A stretch of DNA of 60,550 nt, taken from IMG/VR virus record IMGVR_UViG_2844443253_000004; one strand, written 5' to 3'. The first letter of the stretch is position 1. Each line of letters begins with the position of its first letter. Under the pieces are notes generated by a model, which was given only the letters and a program-made list of their open reading frames with translations, was not told the DNA's origin and ran no database searches. Below, piece after piece: positions 21,816-35,686 of this stretch. The position numbers and the translations under genes are program-made. The stretch comes from a virus (lineage: Duplodnaviria > Heunggongvirae > Uroviricota > Caudoviricetes).

Positions 21816-22607
21816 TTAAGCAGCCATCTGATGATATTTTTCCCTGAAGGCTGCCGGGGAGATATTCCCCAGACGAGAGTGACGACGCTGACGATTGTAG
21901 AAAATCTCAATGTATTCCCGTATTACTGAGATGGCTTCATCCCGGTTATTAAAACGATAGTGGCTCAGGCTCTCATTTTTCAGCGTTCCCCAGAAGCTTT
22001 CCATCGGAGCGTTGTCGTAACAGTTACCTTTACGCGACATTGATGTTTTCAGACCAGACTGCTCCTGTATGACCCGGTAATCGTATGCGCAGTACTGTGA
22101 ACCTCGATCAGAGTGGTGGATTAGCCCGGCAGGTGGGCGCTGGCTCCTGAGCGCCATAAACAGGGCTTTACCTGTCAGCTCTTTTGTCATGCGCTCTCCC
22201 ATGGCGTAGCCGACAATTTCGCACGTATAAACATCTTTGATGCCAGCAACATACGTCAGGTCCGCCACCCAGACCTGATTTGGTGCTGTAGGAGCGAACG
22301 TCTGGTTCAGCAGATTTGGCGCAACTGGCAGATTGTGGTTCGGGTTCGTAGTCGCTCTGAACTTGCGTTTCTGCTTACAGCGTAGCCTCAGCTCCTTACG
22401 AAGACGTGCCAGTCGGTCACGACCAACGATGATGCCATTCTCTGCCAGCTCCGTCTGGAGCCGCCGGGTTCCATATGTTTCGCGAGTGCGGATATGTGCC
22501 ACCTTAATCTCCAGTTTTAGCCGCTCATCACTTTGTTTTCTGTCTGAGGGTTCATGCTGTACCCAGTTGTAATAACCGCTCCTGGATACACCAAATACCT
22601 GACACAT
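21816..22607 (-). CDS. IS600 OrfB, 9-aa internal deletion variant
   Basis: identical to copy 1/3 OrfB except the missing 9 residues. Confidence 0.8.
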   Translation of the reverse strand: MCQVFGVSRSGYYNWVQHEPSDRKQSDERLKLEIKVAHIRTRETYGTRRLQTELAENGIIVGRDRLARLRKELRLRCKQKRKFRATTNPNHNLPVAPNLLNQTFAPTAPNQVWVADLTYVAGIKDVYTCEIVGYAMGERMTKELTGKALFMALRSQRPPAGLIHHSDRGSQYCAYDYRVIQEQSGLKTSMSRKGNCYDNAPMESFWGTLKNESLSHYRFNNRDEAISVIREYIEIFYNRQRRHSRLGNISPAAFREKYHQMAA

Positions 22608-22642
22608 CGCTTCAATGGGAAATTGTTGTCGCCATTGTTCGA

Positions 22643-22945
22643 TTAACGCGTATTTTTCAGCGACTCCTGTGCAAAATACGCTGTTGCTTTTTTTAATATA
22701 TCGCGCTCAAGGCGAGCTTCATTTAACGCCTTACGCAGTTGCAGAATTTCAGATTCCAGTTCAGCCACCGTGCGGGAACCAGGAGTACCGAGCCCTTTTC
22801 TGGCGGCGGTAACCCATTGTCCTAAAGTGCCTTCAGGAAGGGATAATCGGGAAGCGCCTTCACTGATCGAAAGTTGATTTTCAAGAACCGTTCTGACAGC
22901 TTCGGCTTTGAACTCTTTAGAGTAACGTTGGGTTTTTCTGCTCAT
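22643..22945 (-). CDS. IS600 OrfA
   Basis: identical to copy 1 OrfA. Confidence 0.88.
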   Translation of the reverse strand: MSRKTQRYSKEFKAEAVRTVLENQLSISEGASRLSLPEGTLGQWVTAARKGLGTPGSRTVAELESEILQLRKALNEARLERDILKKATAYFAQESLKNTR

Positions 22946-23009
22946 TATTAGCTCCTTCTGATGCCATTCTATTTCAGGAAGGAGTGTCCGTTAAACTCAG
23001 GCTACCTCA

Positions 23010-23117
23010 GTCAGCGCTGGAACGACGAGAAGCCAGAAACCATTCAACCACAATCCAGACCATCATCCGCAATCACCGTATCGAAAACTGGCTATGTGTT
23101 TTTCGACAGGTGAACCA
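23010..23117 (+). pseudogene. 3' remnant of an unidentified gene cut by IS600
   Basis: open frame ...QRWNDEKPETIQPQSRPSSAITVSKTGYVFFDR-stop begins at the IS600 boundary. Confidence 0.3.
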
Positions 23118-23220
23118 TGAAATCAAAAATCAAATCGCTACTGGTCGCTGGTTATAACCACGGCTGGTTAAGTATTTCGTTTGTCGATTTCTGGTTTAAA
23201 AATCTCAATCTGAGGGAATC

Positions 23221-25046
23221 ATGAGGCCAAGTGAACTTAGCGACCTGCTTTGGGCGCAGGTTGACAGGGTGGCTCCGCACCTGTTGCCAAACGGCAAGAT
23301 AGAGGGGCATGAGTGGGTTGCCGGTAACGTCAACGGTGACAAGGGAAACAGCCTTAAGGTCAACCTTATCGGCAAGAAAAAATGGGCTGATTTCGCTGAG
23401 GGAGACGGCGGTGACATGCTTGATTTGTGGATGGCATGTCGTGGAATTAACCTGCATCAGGCTATGCAGGAAGCGAAAGCATTTCTCGGTATCAAGGATG
23501 ACGATCACCATTTCGATGCCAGACGTGAGAAGAAATTCTCCAGACCTGATCGTAAGAAAATCGCCCGCTACGTTACCAGAACAGAATCCCATCTTGAGTA
23601 CCTGCAATCGCGTGGCATATCGCCAGAAGTCGTAAAGCGCTACGAGGTTGTCAGCGGCAAGGTGTGGAATGGAGAACGAGAACTGGATGCTCTGGTGCTT
23701 CCGTACAAACGCGATGGTGAGTTGTTGCAGGTCAAGCGAATCAGCACTGAGCGCCCGGACGGGAAGAAAGTCATTATGGCAGAAGGTGATTGCGAACCTT
23801 GCCTGTTCGGATGGCAGGCTCTGGACGCTGGCGTGAGGGTGGTTGTGCTTTGCGAAGGCGAAATTGATTGTATGAGCTATGCGCAATACGGCATCTCGGC
23901 GTTATCCGTGCCGTTTGGTGGCGGGAAAGGCGCTAAGCAACAGTGGATTGAGTTTGAGTATCACAACCTCGACAGGTTTGAGGAAATATTCATCTCGATG
24001 GACGTTGATGATGTTGGTCGTGAAGCCGCAAGGGAAATCGTAAGCCGACTCGGTGAACATCGTTGCCGTCTTGTTACTCTGCCGTACAAAGACATCAACG
24101 AATGCCTGATGAACGGTGTTACCGAGGATGAAATCTGGCAGTACATCGGCACGGCATCCTACTTCGATCCTGAAGAACTCTACAGTGCGCGAGAGTTTTA
24201 CCAGGACACTATCAACGCTTTCTACGGCAAGCAGCAGTATCTGTTTAATCCACCGTGGGAATCTCTGGCAGATAAATTCCAGTTCCGTGAGGCAGAGTTG
24301 ACGCTGGTCAATGGTGTGCACGGTCACGGAAAGGCATGCCCACTGAATGAGCCTATTCTTTTAGCTGATGGGACATGGACTACTCACGGGAATGTAAAAA
24401 TTGGCGATCAGGTGGCGTCAGTAGACGGCAATCCGTCAACTGTCACTGGGATATTCCCGCAGGGTGTTAGAGATGTTTACCGAGTCACATTTGAAGATGG
24501 TCGTTATGTTGATTGCGCAGGCGATCACCTATGGGAGGTCACTAGTCGTGGATTCACGAAAGGCGAGAAACGCCGCGTGATAGATACCTTCGGGTTGAAG
24601 CGGTTGAGTGAAACGAAGAGGCACAAAAATGGCGTTAGGATTCCTGAAATAACTGGTGACTTTGGCGACCACTCAGAGCCATTAGCATGGGTTATCGGCT
24701 CCCTTCTCGGGGATGGTAGTCTTAGCAATGGGAGCGTGAAGTTTTCAAACGTCGAGCCATACATGATCGAGCGTATGAAGGCTGAACTGCCTGATTACAA
24801 CTTCTCTGGAGATGGTAAGGACTGGCTGATATCAACGGCGCGTGGTCAGGTAAATCCACTCATGGAGACCCTGCGAGGTTATGGACTAATGGGGTGCACA
24901 GCAAAAAACAAATTCATCCCTCGTGTGTTTTTTTCCGCAAATAAATCAACGCGTATAGGCATGCTGTGTGGTCTGCTTGAAACGGATGGGTATGTCGAGA
25001 AGGATGGAACGCTTGTTTTTTCCTCAGCAAGTGAAGAACTGCGCAA
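23221..25046 (+). pseudogene. phage DNA primase/helicase (TOPRIM + P-loop helicase) with intein-like insertion at the Walker A motif; 3' end removed by IS911
   Basis: TOPRIM motifs (VVVLCEGEIDCMS, ISMDVDDVG); Walker A LVNGVHGHGK followed at Cys373 by Hint/LAGLIDADG blocks; last codons come from the IS911 terminus. Confidence 0.7.
24337..25046 (+). other. intein (Hint domain + LAGLIDADG homing endonuclease), N-terminal about 237 aa retained
   Basis: Cys at the first position directly after GHGKA; block B-like DCAGDHLW; LAGLIDADG motifs LAWVIGSLLGDGSL and IGMLCGLLETDGYV about 90 aa apart; KFIP block D between them. Confidence 0.65.
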
Positions 25047-25054
25047 TGAAGTGG

Positions 25055-28493
<3,439 letters not shown>

Positions 28494-28585
28494 TGGAGCA
28501 CCTGTGTTGTTCTGAGGTGAGCATATCACCTCTGTTCAGGTGGCCAAATTCAGTGTGCCACTTCAGACATTCTGAGGTGACAGCG

Positions 28586-29464
28586 ATGATGACGTTTAAC
28601 CTGCGTGAACAACAAAAAAGACTACAGGCGCGAATGGATGAGTTACGGGCAGAGATTGCATTTGCTCAGAAGGGCGAAAAGCCATGGCCTTATCGTTCCT
28701 GCCTGATGCGTGAAGGTCGCGGATATTGCGAAAAACATGGCGAATATCACACGCATATACTGGTGTGGAGCGATCGTAATGGCGAGGACAGAGAAGAAAT
28801 TTCATGCTGCCCTGACTGCTTAATCGCTGAGGCCAACGATTTGACCATGGAGCTGTCGTCCATCAAGGCGGAAGAGCTGACTGATAACGCCGGAATTGCC
28901 CTGCGTTTTCGGGACTGCGAGTTTGATAATTATCTGGAGGTTAATCCTGGCGCAGCCAGAAATCTTGCGGCCTGTCGCCGCTATGCGGAGAACTGGCCAG
29001 ATATGCTGGAGAACGGTACCAGTCTTGTTATGACCGGCAGTTGTGGTACCGGAAAAAATCATCTGGCTGTGGCTATGGCAAAACACATCATCCGTAACTA
29101 TCTGGCCAGTGTGGAGATCACCGACGTGATGCGCCTTACCCGTGCTGTGAAAAATTGCTGGCGGAATGACAGCGAAAAAACAGCGGATGAAGTTATTGAG
29201 CGTTATGCGTCAATGGATTTGCTGATCATCGACGAAGTTGGCGTTCAGTTTGGCAGCGCGGCTGAAATGGCTATTTTGCAGGAAATTATCAACGCCAGGT
29301 ACGAAAGTATCTTGCCCACCATTCTGATCAGTAACCTCTCACCGGAAGAGTTGTGGGCGTTCATCAGTCCCCGAATTGCCGACAGGATCACAGACGGGGG
29401 ACGCAACTGGTTGTCGTTTAACTGGCCCAGTTACCGTTCTCGTATCAGAGGTGTGGCTGCATGA
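28586..29464 (+). CDS. phage replication protein, DnaC-like AAA+ helicase loader
   Basis: Walker A GSCGTGKNHLAVAMA and Walker B DLLIIDEVG; N-terminal Cys-rich region. Confidence 0.7.
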   Translation: MMTFNLREQQKRLQARMDELRAEIAFAQKGEKPWPYRSCLMREGRGYCEKHGEYHTHILVWSDRNGEDREEISCCPDCLIAEANDLTMELSSIKAEELTDNAGIALRFRDCEFDNYLEVNPGAARNLAACRRYAENWPDMLENGTSLVMTGSCGTGKNHLAVAMAKHIIRNYLASVEITDVMRLTRAVKNCWRNDSEKTADEVIERYASMDLLIIDEVGVQFGSAAEMAILQEIINARYESILPTILISNLSPEELWAFISPRIADRITDGGRNWLSFNWPSYRSRIRGVAA

Positions 29465-30852
29465 CAACTCCAGTATGGCGTAACGATGACCTTGAAGGCG
29501 CTGTCATCGGCGCGTTCTTTCTGCGCGGAGCAGATCCTGAAGTGATGGATATTCTGGCCACACTGCCAGCGGACGTTTTTTCTGTACGAGCGTATCAGGA
29601 TATCTATACAGGCATCTGCAGACAGGCCCGTGTTTCAGGAGTGATTGACCCCGTGCTGTTGTGTAATGAGATGCCGGAACTTGCCCCGGTGATTACTGAT
29701 ACCGGGCGTAAAACCTGGGTGAAGTCTTCACTGGAGCACTATGTTGCAGCGTTGCGGCGCAATGCCGCACTGCGCGATGCAGAAAAAACACTGAATGAGG
29801 CGCTGCAGAAATTACGTGATGCGCATACCTGTGAAGCAGCTGAAGATGCCCTGAAGGATGCGCAGAACATGATGGTCACACTGTCGACAGGAAAGGGCGT
29901 CATTCAGCCGGTACATATTGATGATGTGCTTCCGGAAGTGGTTGAGCGTGTTGAATGCCGGAATCAGGGGCTGGAGAAATCCAGGACGTTGATGACCGGT
30001 ATTGATGAACTGGACGCAAAAACAGGCGGTATGGAGCCCGGAGACCTGGTATTCATTGCCGCCCGTCCTTCGATGGGGAAAACCGAACTTGCGCTGGACA
30101 TCATCGACAAGGTGACTGAGCAGGGGCATGGTGTGCTTCTGTTCACCATGGAGATGGCGAACATCCAGATTGGTGAACGTATGGTGTCTGCGGCTGGAGG
30201 GATGCCAGTATCACGCCTGAAATCTGTGGCTCACTTTGAAGATGAAGACTGGACGCGTTTCTCACAAGGGGTGGGGCGGATGACCGGGCGCAATATCTGG
30301 ATGGTGGACCAGGCGAACCTGGCCATTGATGAGATATGCGCAACAACGAAACACCACCTGATTAAATATCCGGAAACGGCGCTGGTGGTGGTTGATTATC
30401 TCGGGCTGATAAAAACCCGAACCACGGGGCGTCATGACCTTGCCGTGGGTGAAATCTCAAAGGGGCTTAAAGGCCTGGCAAAATCCGGTGGTTTTCCGTT
30501 GATTGCGCTGAGCCAGCTCTCCCGCGGTGTGGAGTCCAGACCCAATAAACGTCCCATGAACTCAGACCTGAAAAATTCCGGAGAAATAGAGGCGGATGCA
30601 GACATCATTCTGATGCTTTACAGGGATGAAGTGTACAACCCGGATACGCAGGCCAGGGGCATCGCAGAAATCAATATCACGAAACAACGTAACGGTTCTC
30701 TGGGAACGATTTACCGGCGTTTTTATAACGGACATTTTCTGCCTGTGGACCAGGAAAGTGCACGGGTGCTTTCCACTCCCATGAAGCCCGGCAATCCGCG
30801 CAGATACAGTAATAAACGAACTGACAGCAGTAAGATGGAGCGTTTCTTTTGA
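29461..30852 (+). CDS. replicative DNA helicase, DnaB-like
   Basis: 463 aa with DnaB-type motifs (...FIAARPSMGKTELALDI..., ...VVVDYLGLI...). Confidence 0.8.
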   Translation: MTTPVWRNDDLEGAVIGAFFLRGADPEVMDILATLPADVFSVRAYQDIYTGICRQARVSGVIDPVLLCNEMPELAPVITDTGRKTWVKSSLEHYVAALRRNAALRDAEKTLNEALQKLRDAHTCEAAEDALKDAQNMMVTLSTGKGVIQPVHIDDVLPEVVERVECRNQGLEKSRTLMTGIDELDAKTGGMEPGDLVFIAARPSMGKTELALDIIDKVTEQGHGVLLFTMEMANIQIGERMVSAAGGMPVSRLKSVAHFEDEDWTRFSQGVGRMTGRNIWMVDQANLAIDEICATTKHHLIKYPETALVVVDYLGLIKTRTTGRHDLAVGEISKGLKGLAKSGGFPLIALSQLSRGVESRPNKRPMNSDLKNSGEIEADADIILMLYRDEVYNPDTQARGIAEINITKQRNGSLGTIYRRFYNGHFLPVDQESARVLSTPMKPGNPRRYSNKRTDSSKMERFF

Positions 30853-31106
30853 ACAACCAGACAATGACTTTTACCCCTGAACAATTGCGTAAACACGCGC
30901 AGGAAATGCTGCGTCATGCTGAACAACTCGAAAAAACGGGCATAACAAAAGATGCTATCCGTAAAGATATGGTACCCGCGCTTCGGGAACTGATGCAGGC
31001 GAAGCATCGCGCACAGAAAGCAGTAGATGAGCTGGTGGACTGTGTGGCAGAGCTGGAAACCAGAGTCGGAAAGTTTGAAAAACTGGTGCAGGAGGCGCTG
31101 CGCTGA
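30849..31106 (+). CDS. hypothetical small phage protein (coiled-coil)
   Basis: 85-aa ORF translationally coupled to the helicase stop. Confidence 0.4.
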   Translation: MNNQTMTFTPEQLRKHAQEMLRHAEQLEKTGITKDAIRKDMVPALRELMQAKHRAQKAVDELVDCVAELETRVGKFEKLVQEALR

Positions 31107-31197
31107 TGCGCCATGAGTTTGTTTTGCCCTGGCTTGTGCGCGATCATTATGTCCCTGGTGGAAAGCCCGGGATAAAAATCACCGAACCGGAGAGTAT

Positions 31198-31401
31198 TTG
31201 ATGAGCGTCAAAATTCAAACGATACCGGAACTGCTTATCCAGACACGAGGTAATATGACCGAAGTTTCACGAATGCTGAACTGTAATCGCGCCACGGTAA
31301 GAAAATATGCTGAAGATAAAGAGGGCAAAGGGCACGCCATTGTTGATGGTGTTCTGATTGTTCATCGTGGATGGGACAGGGGTAAAGACAGTGATGCGTG
31401 A
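31198..31401 (+). CDS. ninH: NinH-like protein
   Basis: [37 protein letters not shown]...IVHRGW, resembles P22/lambda NinH as recalled. Confidence 0.65.
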   Translation: MMSVKIQTIPELLIQTRGNMTEVSRMLNCNRATVRKYAEDKEGKGHAIVDGVLIVHRGWDRGKDSDA

Positions 31402-31774
31402 TATTCAGCAGGTTCTTGAGCGCTGGGGCGCGTGGGTGGCTAATAATCATGAGGATGTGACCTGGTCGTCCATTGCTGCCGGTTTTAAGGGATTAATCCC
31501 TTCAAAAGTAAAATCCCGCCCGCAATGCTGTGACGATGACGCGATGGTTATATGTGGGTGTATGGCCCGCCTTAACCGGAACAACAACGATCTACATGAC
31601 TTGCTGGTTGACTACTACGTGTTTGGGATGACATTCATGACGCTGGCGCGGAAGCATGGATGCTCAGATGGTTATATAGGAAAGAAGCTACAAAAAGCCG
31701 AGGGGGTGGTGGAAGGAATGTTGATGATGTTGGGTGTCCGGTTAGAAATGGACAAATATATTGAACATCCCTGA
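31394..31774 (+). CDS. Q: late antiterminator Q (phage 21/933W-type)
   Basis: [24 protein letters not shown]...CCDDDAM...; followed by a tR'-like terminator and tRNA cassette. Confidence 0.7.
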   Translation: MRDIQQVLERWGAWVANNHEDVTWSSIAAGFKGLIPSKVKSRPQCCDDDAMVICGCMARLNRNNNDLHDLLVDYYVFGMTFMTLARKHGCSDGYIGKKLQKAEGVVEGMLMMLGVRLEMDKYIEHP

Positions 31775-31863
31775 TGGTAAGGGGCGACTTTCTAGAAAAT
31801 ATTTTACGTACGTAAAAAACGGGATATTCTGTTAAGAGTGGTTGCTTCGCCACACAGCTTAAA

Positions 31864-31886
31864 CCCGCCTCCGGGCGGGTTTTTTA
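31864..31886 (+). terminator. tR'-like rho-independent terminator downstream of Q
   Basis: CCCGCC-tccg-GGCGGG followed by TTTTTTAT. Confidence 0.65.
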
Positions 31887-31973
31887 TGCCTGAAAAACGG
31901 TACAGGACGTTAAACACGCTGGTGGTCAGATGAGTTTGCAGATGTGATGACATATGGTTATTATTCTGCCTCC

Positions 31974-32050
31974 GGCCCTTTAGCTCAGTTGGTCAGAGCG
32001 AGCGACTCATAATCGCCAGGTCGCTGGTTCAAGTCCAGCAAGGGCCACCA
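31974..32050 (+). tRNA. tRNA (CAU anticodon; Met or Ile2-type)
   Basis: identical to 20693-20769. Confidence 0.8.
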
Positions 32051-32051
32051 A

Positions 32052-32128
32052 CCACCACTAGCTCATCCGGATAGAGCATCAACCTTCTAAGTTGACGGTG
32101 CGAGGTTCGAGTCCTCGGTGGTGGGCCA
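32052..32128 (+). tRNA. tRNA-Arg (UCU)
   Basis: identical to 20771-20847. Confidence 0.8.
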
Positions 32129-32130
32129 GC

Positions 32131-32206
<76 letters not shown>

Positions 32207-32209
32207 TAT

Positions 32210-32284
<75 letters not shown>

Positions 32285-32576
32285 GTCAGAGTCTTTCAGT
32301 CTGCGATGATGGGAAATCCCGGAGTGACTGAAAGACGTTTAAGTTATGAATGATCGCCTTTTTTTGCAAAATTGCTGTGCAGAAATACTAACCTTCGGGC
32401 GTGCGATCATTCATAAGCACTCTGCTTTTATTCCGATTAACTGTGGGTGGTTTGTTGGATAGAGTGCTTTCCTTACTGTATATATCGTTTCGCCCGCTTT
32501 TGCGTTTTTTTCTTTTCAAATCCCTTTCATTTCTCAGTGTAAAACTACGCCATCCGTTATTTGCGGAGGTGAGGCT

Positions 32577-32792
32577 ATGAAATCCATGGACAAAATTTCA
32601 ACGGGCATTGCCTACGGCACCTCCGCCGGCAGTGCCGGCTACTGGTTTTTGCAGTGGTTGGATCAGGTCAGGCCATCACAGTGGGCTGCGATTGGTGTGC
32701 TGGGAAGTCTGCTTCTGGGGCTTCTGACTTATCTGACGAATCTGTATTTCAAAATAAGAGAAGACAAGCGTAAGGCTGCACGGGGAGAGTAA
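32577..32792 (+). CDS. S: class II holin / pinholin S21-type
   Basis: [31 protein letters not shown]...; dual-start Met1/Met4; two TM segments. Confidence 0.85.
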   Translation: MKSMDKISTGIAYGTSAGSAGYWFLQWLDQVRPSQWAAIGVLGSLLLGLLTYLTNLYFKIREDKRKAARGE

Positions 32793-32795
32793 ATA

Positions 32796-33425
32796 ATGAA
32801 GCATGAAGAAATGAATCAGCGATTCAATCACCTGGAAAATGAAATCACTGAGCTTAATAAAAAATTGTCGGCGTTGGTGAGTTCTGAAGATGAAAACAAA
32901 CGCCGCGATGAGCATTATGCGGCGATTTACGATTACTGCCACAAAGTCGCTCACGAGACTTTTATGAAGTTTTTGCAGGAAAAGTTTTTACCGGCCGCAT
33001 TGTCAGAAAAAGAGGCGGCTTACCTGCGGCCTGAGTACGTCATTACGGTTAACAGTGCCGGAGAGGAAGAGCATAAAAGTGATTTTATTGCGTCTGCACC
33101 GGATAAAGACCAGGAACCCCATCGGCCTTTCAGGGTTTCCTGTGAAGAGGGTGAGTTCGTCGTTTATGAGAACGGAAAACCTGTCCGGGCATCGCATCAT
33201 CACTGCCTGAAAATTATTAATCTCGCTATCAGATGCCTGAAAGACGAAAACACCAGAGTTATGAAACGCATTGGCCGTTGCATGGGGTATTTGCAGGTGG
33301 CGGCAGAGATTGAAGCACTTGCCAGTGGTGCAGACATGGATGCTGCGGTGCGGGAGGCTCTTCTTCGTGATTTCAATACTCCCCCTTTAAGAAAGAGCCT
33401 GATGACTGGATCCAGCCGGGGCTGA
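32796..33425 (+). CDS. hypothetical protein embedded between holin and endolysin
   Basis: 209-aa ORF, tightly packed (4 bp after S stop); no recognisable motif. Confidence 0.5.
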   Translation: MKHEEMNQRFNHLENEITELNKKLSALVSSEDENKRRDEHYAAIYDYCHKVAHETFMKFLQEKFLPAALSEKEAAYLRPEYVITVNSAGEEEHKSDFIASAPDKDQEPHRPFRVSCEEGEFVVYENGKPVRASHHHCLKIINLAIRCLKDENTRVMKRIGRCMGYLQVAAEIEALASGADMDAAVREALLRDFNTPPLRKSLMTGSSRG

Positions 33426-33490
33426 CTTATCTTAAAAGGCGTATATAAGTTGGCTCGTTATTTGTTGCCGATAAATCCTGATAAATATCC

Positions 33491-34024
33491 ATGAGCGCAA
33501 AAATCAAATACGGCCTGTCGGCTGCTGTTCTGGCGCTGATTGCCGCAGGCGCGTCTGCTCCCCAGATACTTGACCAGTTTCTGAACGAAAAAGAGGGTAA
33601 TCACACAACGGCATACCGTGATGGTTCTGGCATATGGACCATCTGTCGTGGTGCCACAATGGTGGATGGTAAGCCTGTCATACCGGGAATGAAGCTGTCG
33701 AAGGAAAAATGTGACCAGGTTAACGCTATTGAACGTGATAAGGCGCTGGCATGGGTGGAGCGCAATATTAAAGTACCTCTGACCGAACCCCAGAAAGCGG
33801 GTATAGCGTCATTTTGCCCCTATAACATTGGCCCCGGTAAGTGTTTCCCGTCGACGTTTTATAAGCGGCTGAATGCCGGTGATCGTAAGGGCGCATGCGA
33901 GGCGATTCGCTGGTGGATAAAAGATGTTGGGCGCGATTGCCGCATACGTTCAAATAACTGCTATGGACAGGTTATTCGTCGTGACCAGGAAAGCGCATTA
34001 GCCTGTTGGGGGATAGATCAATGA
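33491..34024 (+). CDS. R: SAR endolysin (lysozyme, R21-type)
   Basis: N-terminal signal-anchor-release segment [16 protein letters not shown] then lysozyme catalytic region ...[25 protein letters not shown]... Confidence 0.85.
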   Translation: MSAKIKYGLSAAVLALIAAGASAPQILDQFLNEKEGNHTTAYRDGSGIWTICRGATMVDGKPVIPGMKLSKEKCDQVNAIERDKALAWVERNIKVPLTEPQKAGIASFCPYNIGPGKCFPSTFYKRLNAGDRKGACEAIRWWIKDVGRDCRIRSNNCYGQVIRRDQESALACWGIDQ

Positions 34025-34422
34025 GCAGAGTCACCGCGATTATCTCCGCTCTGGTTATCTGCATCATCGTCTGCCTGTCATGGGCTGTTAATCATTACCG
34101 TGATAACGCCATTACCTACAAAGAGCAGCGCGACAAAAACGCCGGAGAACTGAAGCTGGCGAACGCAACCATTACTGACATGCAGCAGCGCCAGCGTGAT
34201 GCTGATGCACTCGATGCTAAATACACGAAGGAGTTAGCTGATGCGAAAGCTGAAAATGATGCTCTTCGGCGCAAGCTTGATAATGGTGGTCGGGTGCTCG
34301 TCAAAGGAAAATGCCCTGTGCCATCCTCAGCCGAAACCTCCAGCGCCTCCGGCATGGGCAATGATGCCACCGTCGAACTCTCTCCAGTTGCTGGACGAAA
34401 CGTTCTCGGTATCCGGGACGGG
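34006..34422 (+). pseudogene. Rz: i-spanin Rz, C-terminus cut by IS600
   Basis: N-terminal TM then coiled-coil; the other copy (16296-16541) extends about 22 aa further. Confidence 0.75.
34241..34422 (+). pseudogene. Rz1: o-spanin Rz1 (embedded, +1 frame), last codons replaced by IS600
   Basis: lipobox [16 protein letters not shown], proline-rich. Confidence 0.7.
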
Positions 34423-34486
34423 TGAGGTAGCCTGAGTTTAACGGACACTCCTTCCTGAAATAGAATGGCATCAGAAGGAGCTAATA

Positions 34487-34789
34487 ATGAGCAGAAAAAC
34501 CCAACGTTACTCTAAAGAGTTCAAAGCCGAAGCTGTCAGAACGGTTCTTGAAAATCAACTTTCGATCAGTGAAGGCGCTTCCCGATTATCTCTTCCTGAA
34601 GGCACTTTAGGACAATGGGTTACCGCCGCCAGAAAAGGGCTCGGTACTCCTGGTTCCCGCACGCTGGCTGAACTGGAATCTGAAATTCTGCAACTGCGTA
34701 AGGCGTTAAATGAAGCTCGCCTTGAGCGAGATATATTAAAAAAAGCAACAGCGTATTTTGCACAGGAGTCGCTGAAAAATACGCGTTAA
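34487..34789 (+). CDS. IS600 OrfA
   Basis: one substitution versus copy 1. Confidence 0.88.
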   Translation: MSRKTQRYSKEFKAEAVRTVLENQLSISEGASRLSLPEGTLGQWVTAARKGLGTPGSRTLAELESEILQLRKALNEARLERDILKKATAYFAQESLKNTR

Positions 34790-34824
34790 TCGAACAATGG
34801 CGACAACAATTTCCCATTGAAGCG

Positions 34825-35643
34825 ATGTGTCAGGTATTTGGTGTATCCAGGAGCGGTTATTACAACTGGGTACAGCATGAACCCTCAGACAGAAAACAAA
34901 GTGATGAGCGGCTAAAACCGGAGATTAAGGTGGCACATATCCGCACTCGCGAAACATATGGAACCCGGCGGCTCCAGACGGAGCTGGCAGAGAATGGCAT
35001 CATCGTTGGTCGTGACCGACTGGCACGTCTTCGTAAGGAGCTAAGGCTACGCTGTAAGCAGAAACGCAAGTTCAGAGCGACTACGAACCCGAACCACAAT
35101 CTGCCAGTTGCGCCAAATCTGCTGAACCAGACGTTCGCTCCTACAGCACCAAATCAGGTCTGGGTGGCGGACCTGACGTATGTTGCCACACAGGAGGGAT
35201 GGTTGTACCTCGCTGGCATCAAAGATGTTTATACGTGTGAAATTGTCGGCTACGCCATGGGAGAGCGCATGACAAAAGAGCTGACAGGTAAAGCCCTGTT
35301 TATGGCGCTCAGGAGCCAGCGCCCACCTGCCGGGCTAATCCACCACTCTGATCGAGGTTCACAGTACTGCGCATACGATTACCGGGTCATACAGGAGCAG
35401 TCTGGTCTGAAAACATCAATGTCGCGTAAAGGTAACTGTTACGACAATGCTCCGATGGAAAGCTTCTGGGGAACGCTGAAAAATGAGAGCCTGAGCCACT
35501 ATCGTTTTAATAACCGGGATGAAGCCATCTCAGTAATACGGGAATACATTGAGATTTTCTACAATCGTCAGCGTCGTCACTCTCGTCTGGGGAATATCTC
35601 CCCGGCAGCCTTCAGGGAAAAATATCATCAGATGGCTGCTTAA
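34825..35643 (+). CDS. IS600 OrfB
   Basis: 272 aa. Confidence 0.88.
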   Translation: MCQVFGVSRSGYYNWVQHEPSDRKQSDERLKPEIKVAHIRTRETYGTRRLQTELAENGIIVGRDRLARLRKELRLRCKQKRKFRATTNPNHNLPVAPNLLNQTFAPTAPNQVWVADLTYVATQEGWLYLAGIKDVYTCEIVGYAMGERMTKELTGKALFMALRSQRPPAGLIHHSDRGSQYCAYDYRVIQEQSGLKTSMSRKGNCYDNAPMESFWGTLKNESLSHYRFNNRDEAISVIREYIEIFYNRQRRHSRLGNISPAAFREKYHQMAA

Positions 35644-35686
35644 AAAAAGAACAAATGGTAGTGTCCGCTATTGCCAGTACACCTCA

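Larger units (their letters stand above)
21773..23009 (-). mobile_element. IS600 copy 2, with 27-bp in-frame deletion in orfB
   Basis: 1237 bp; same termini as the other copies; OrfB 263 aa lacking ATQEGWLYL. Confidence 0.88.
34423..35686 (+). mobile_element. IS600 copy 3
   Basis: 1264 bp, termini TGAGGTAGCCTGAG ... CCAGTACACCTCA; flanks GGG/AAC so no target duplication. Confidence 0.88.

Noticed and set aside
23152-23886. 244-aa minus-strand ORF
   Set aside because: Antisense to the primase N-terminal domain, which has clear TOPRIM motifs on the plus strand.
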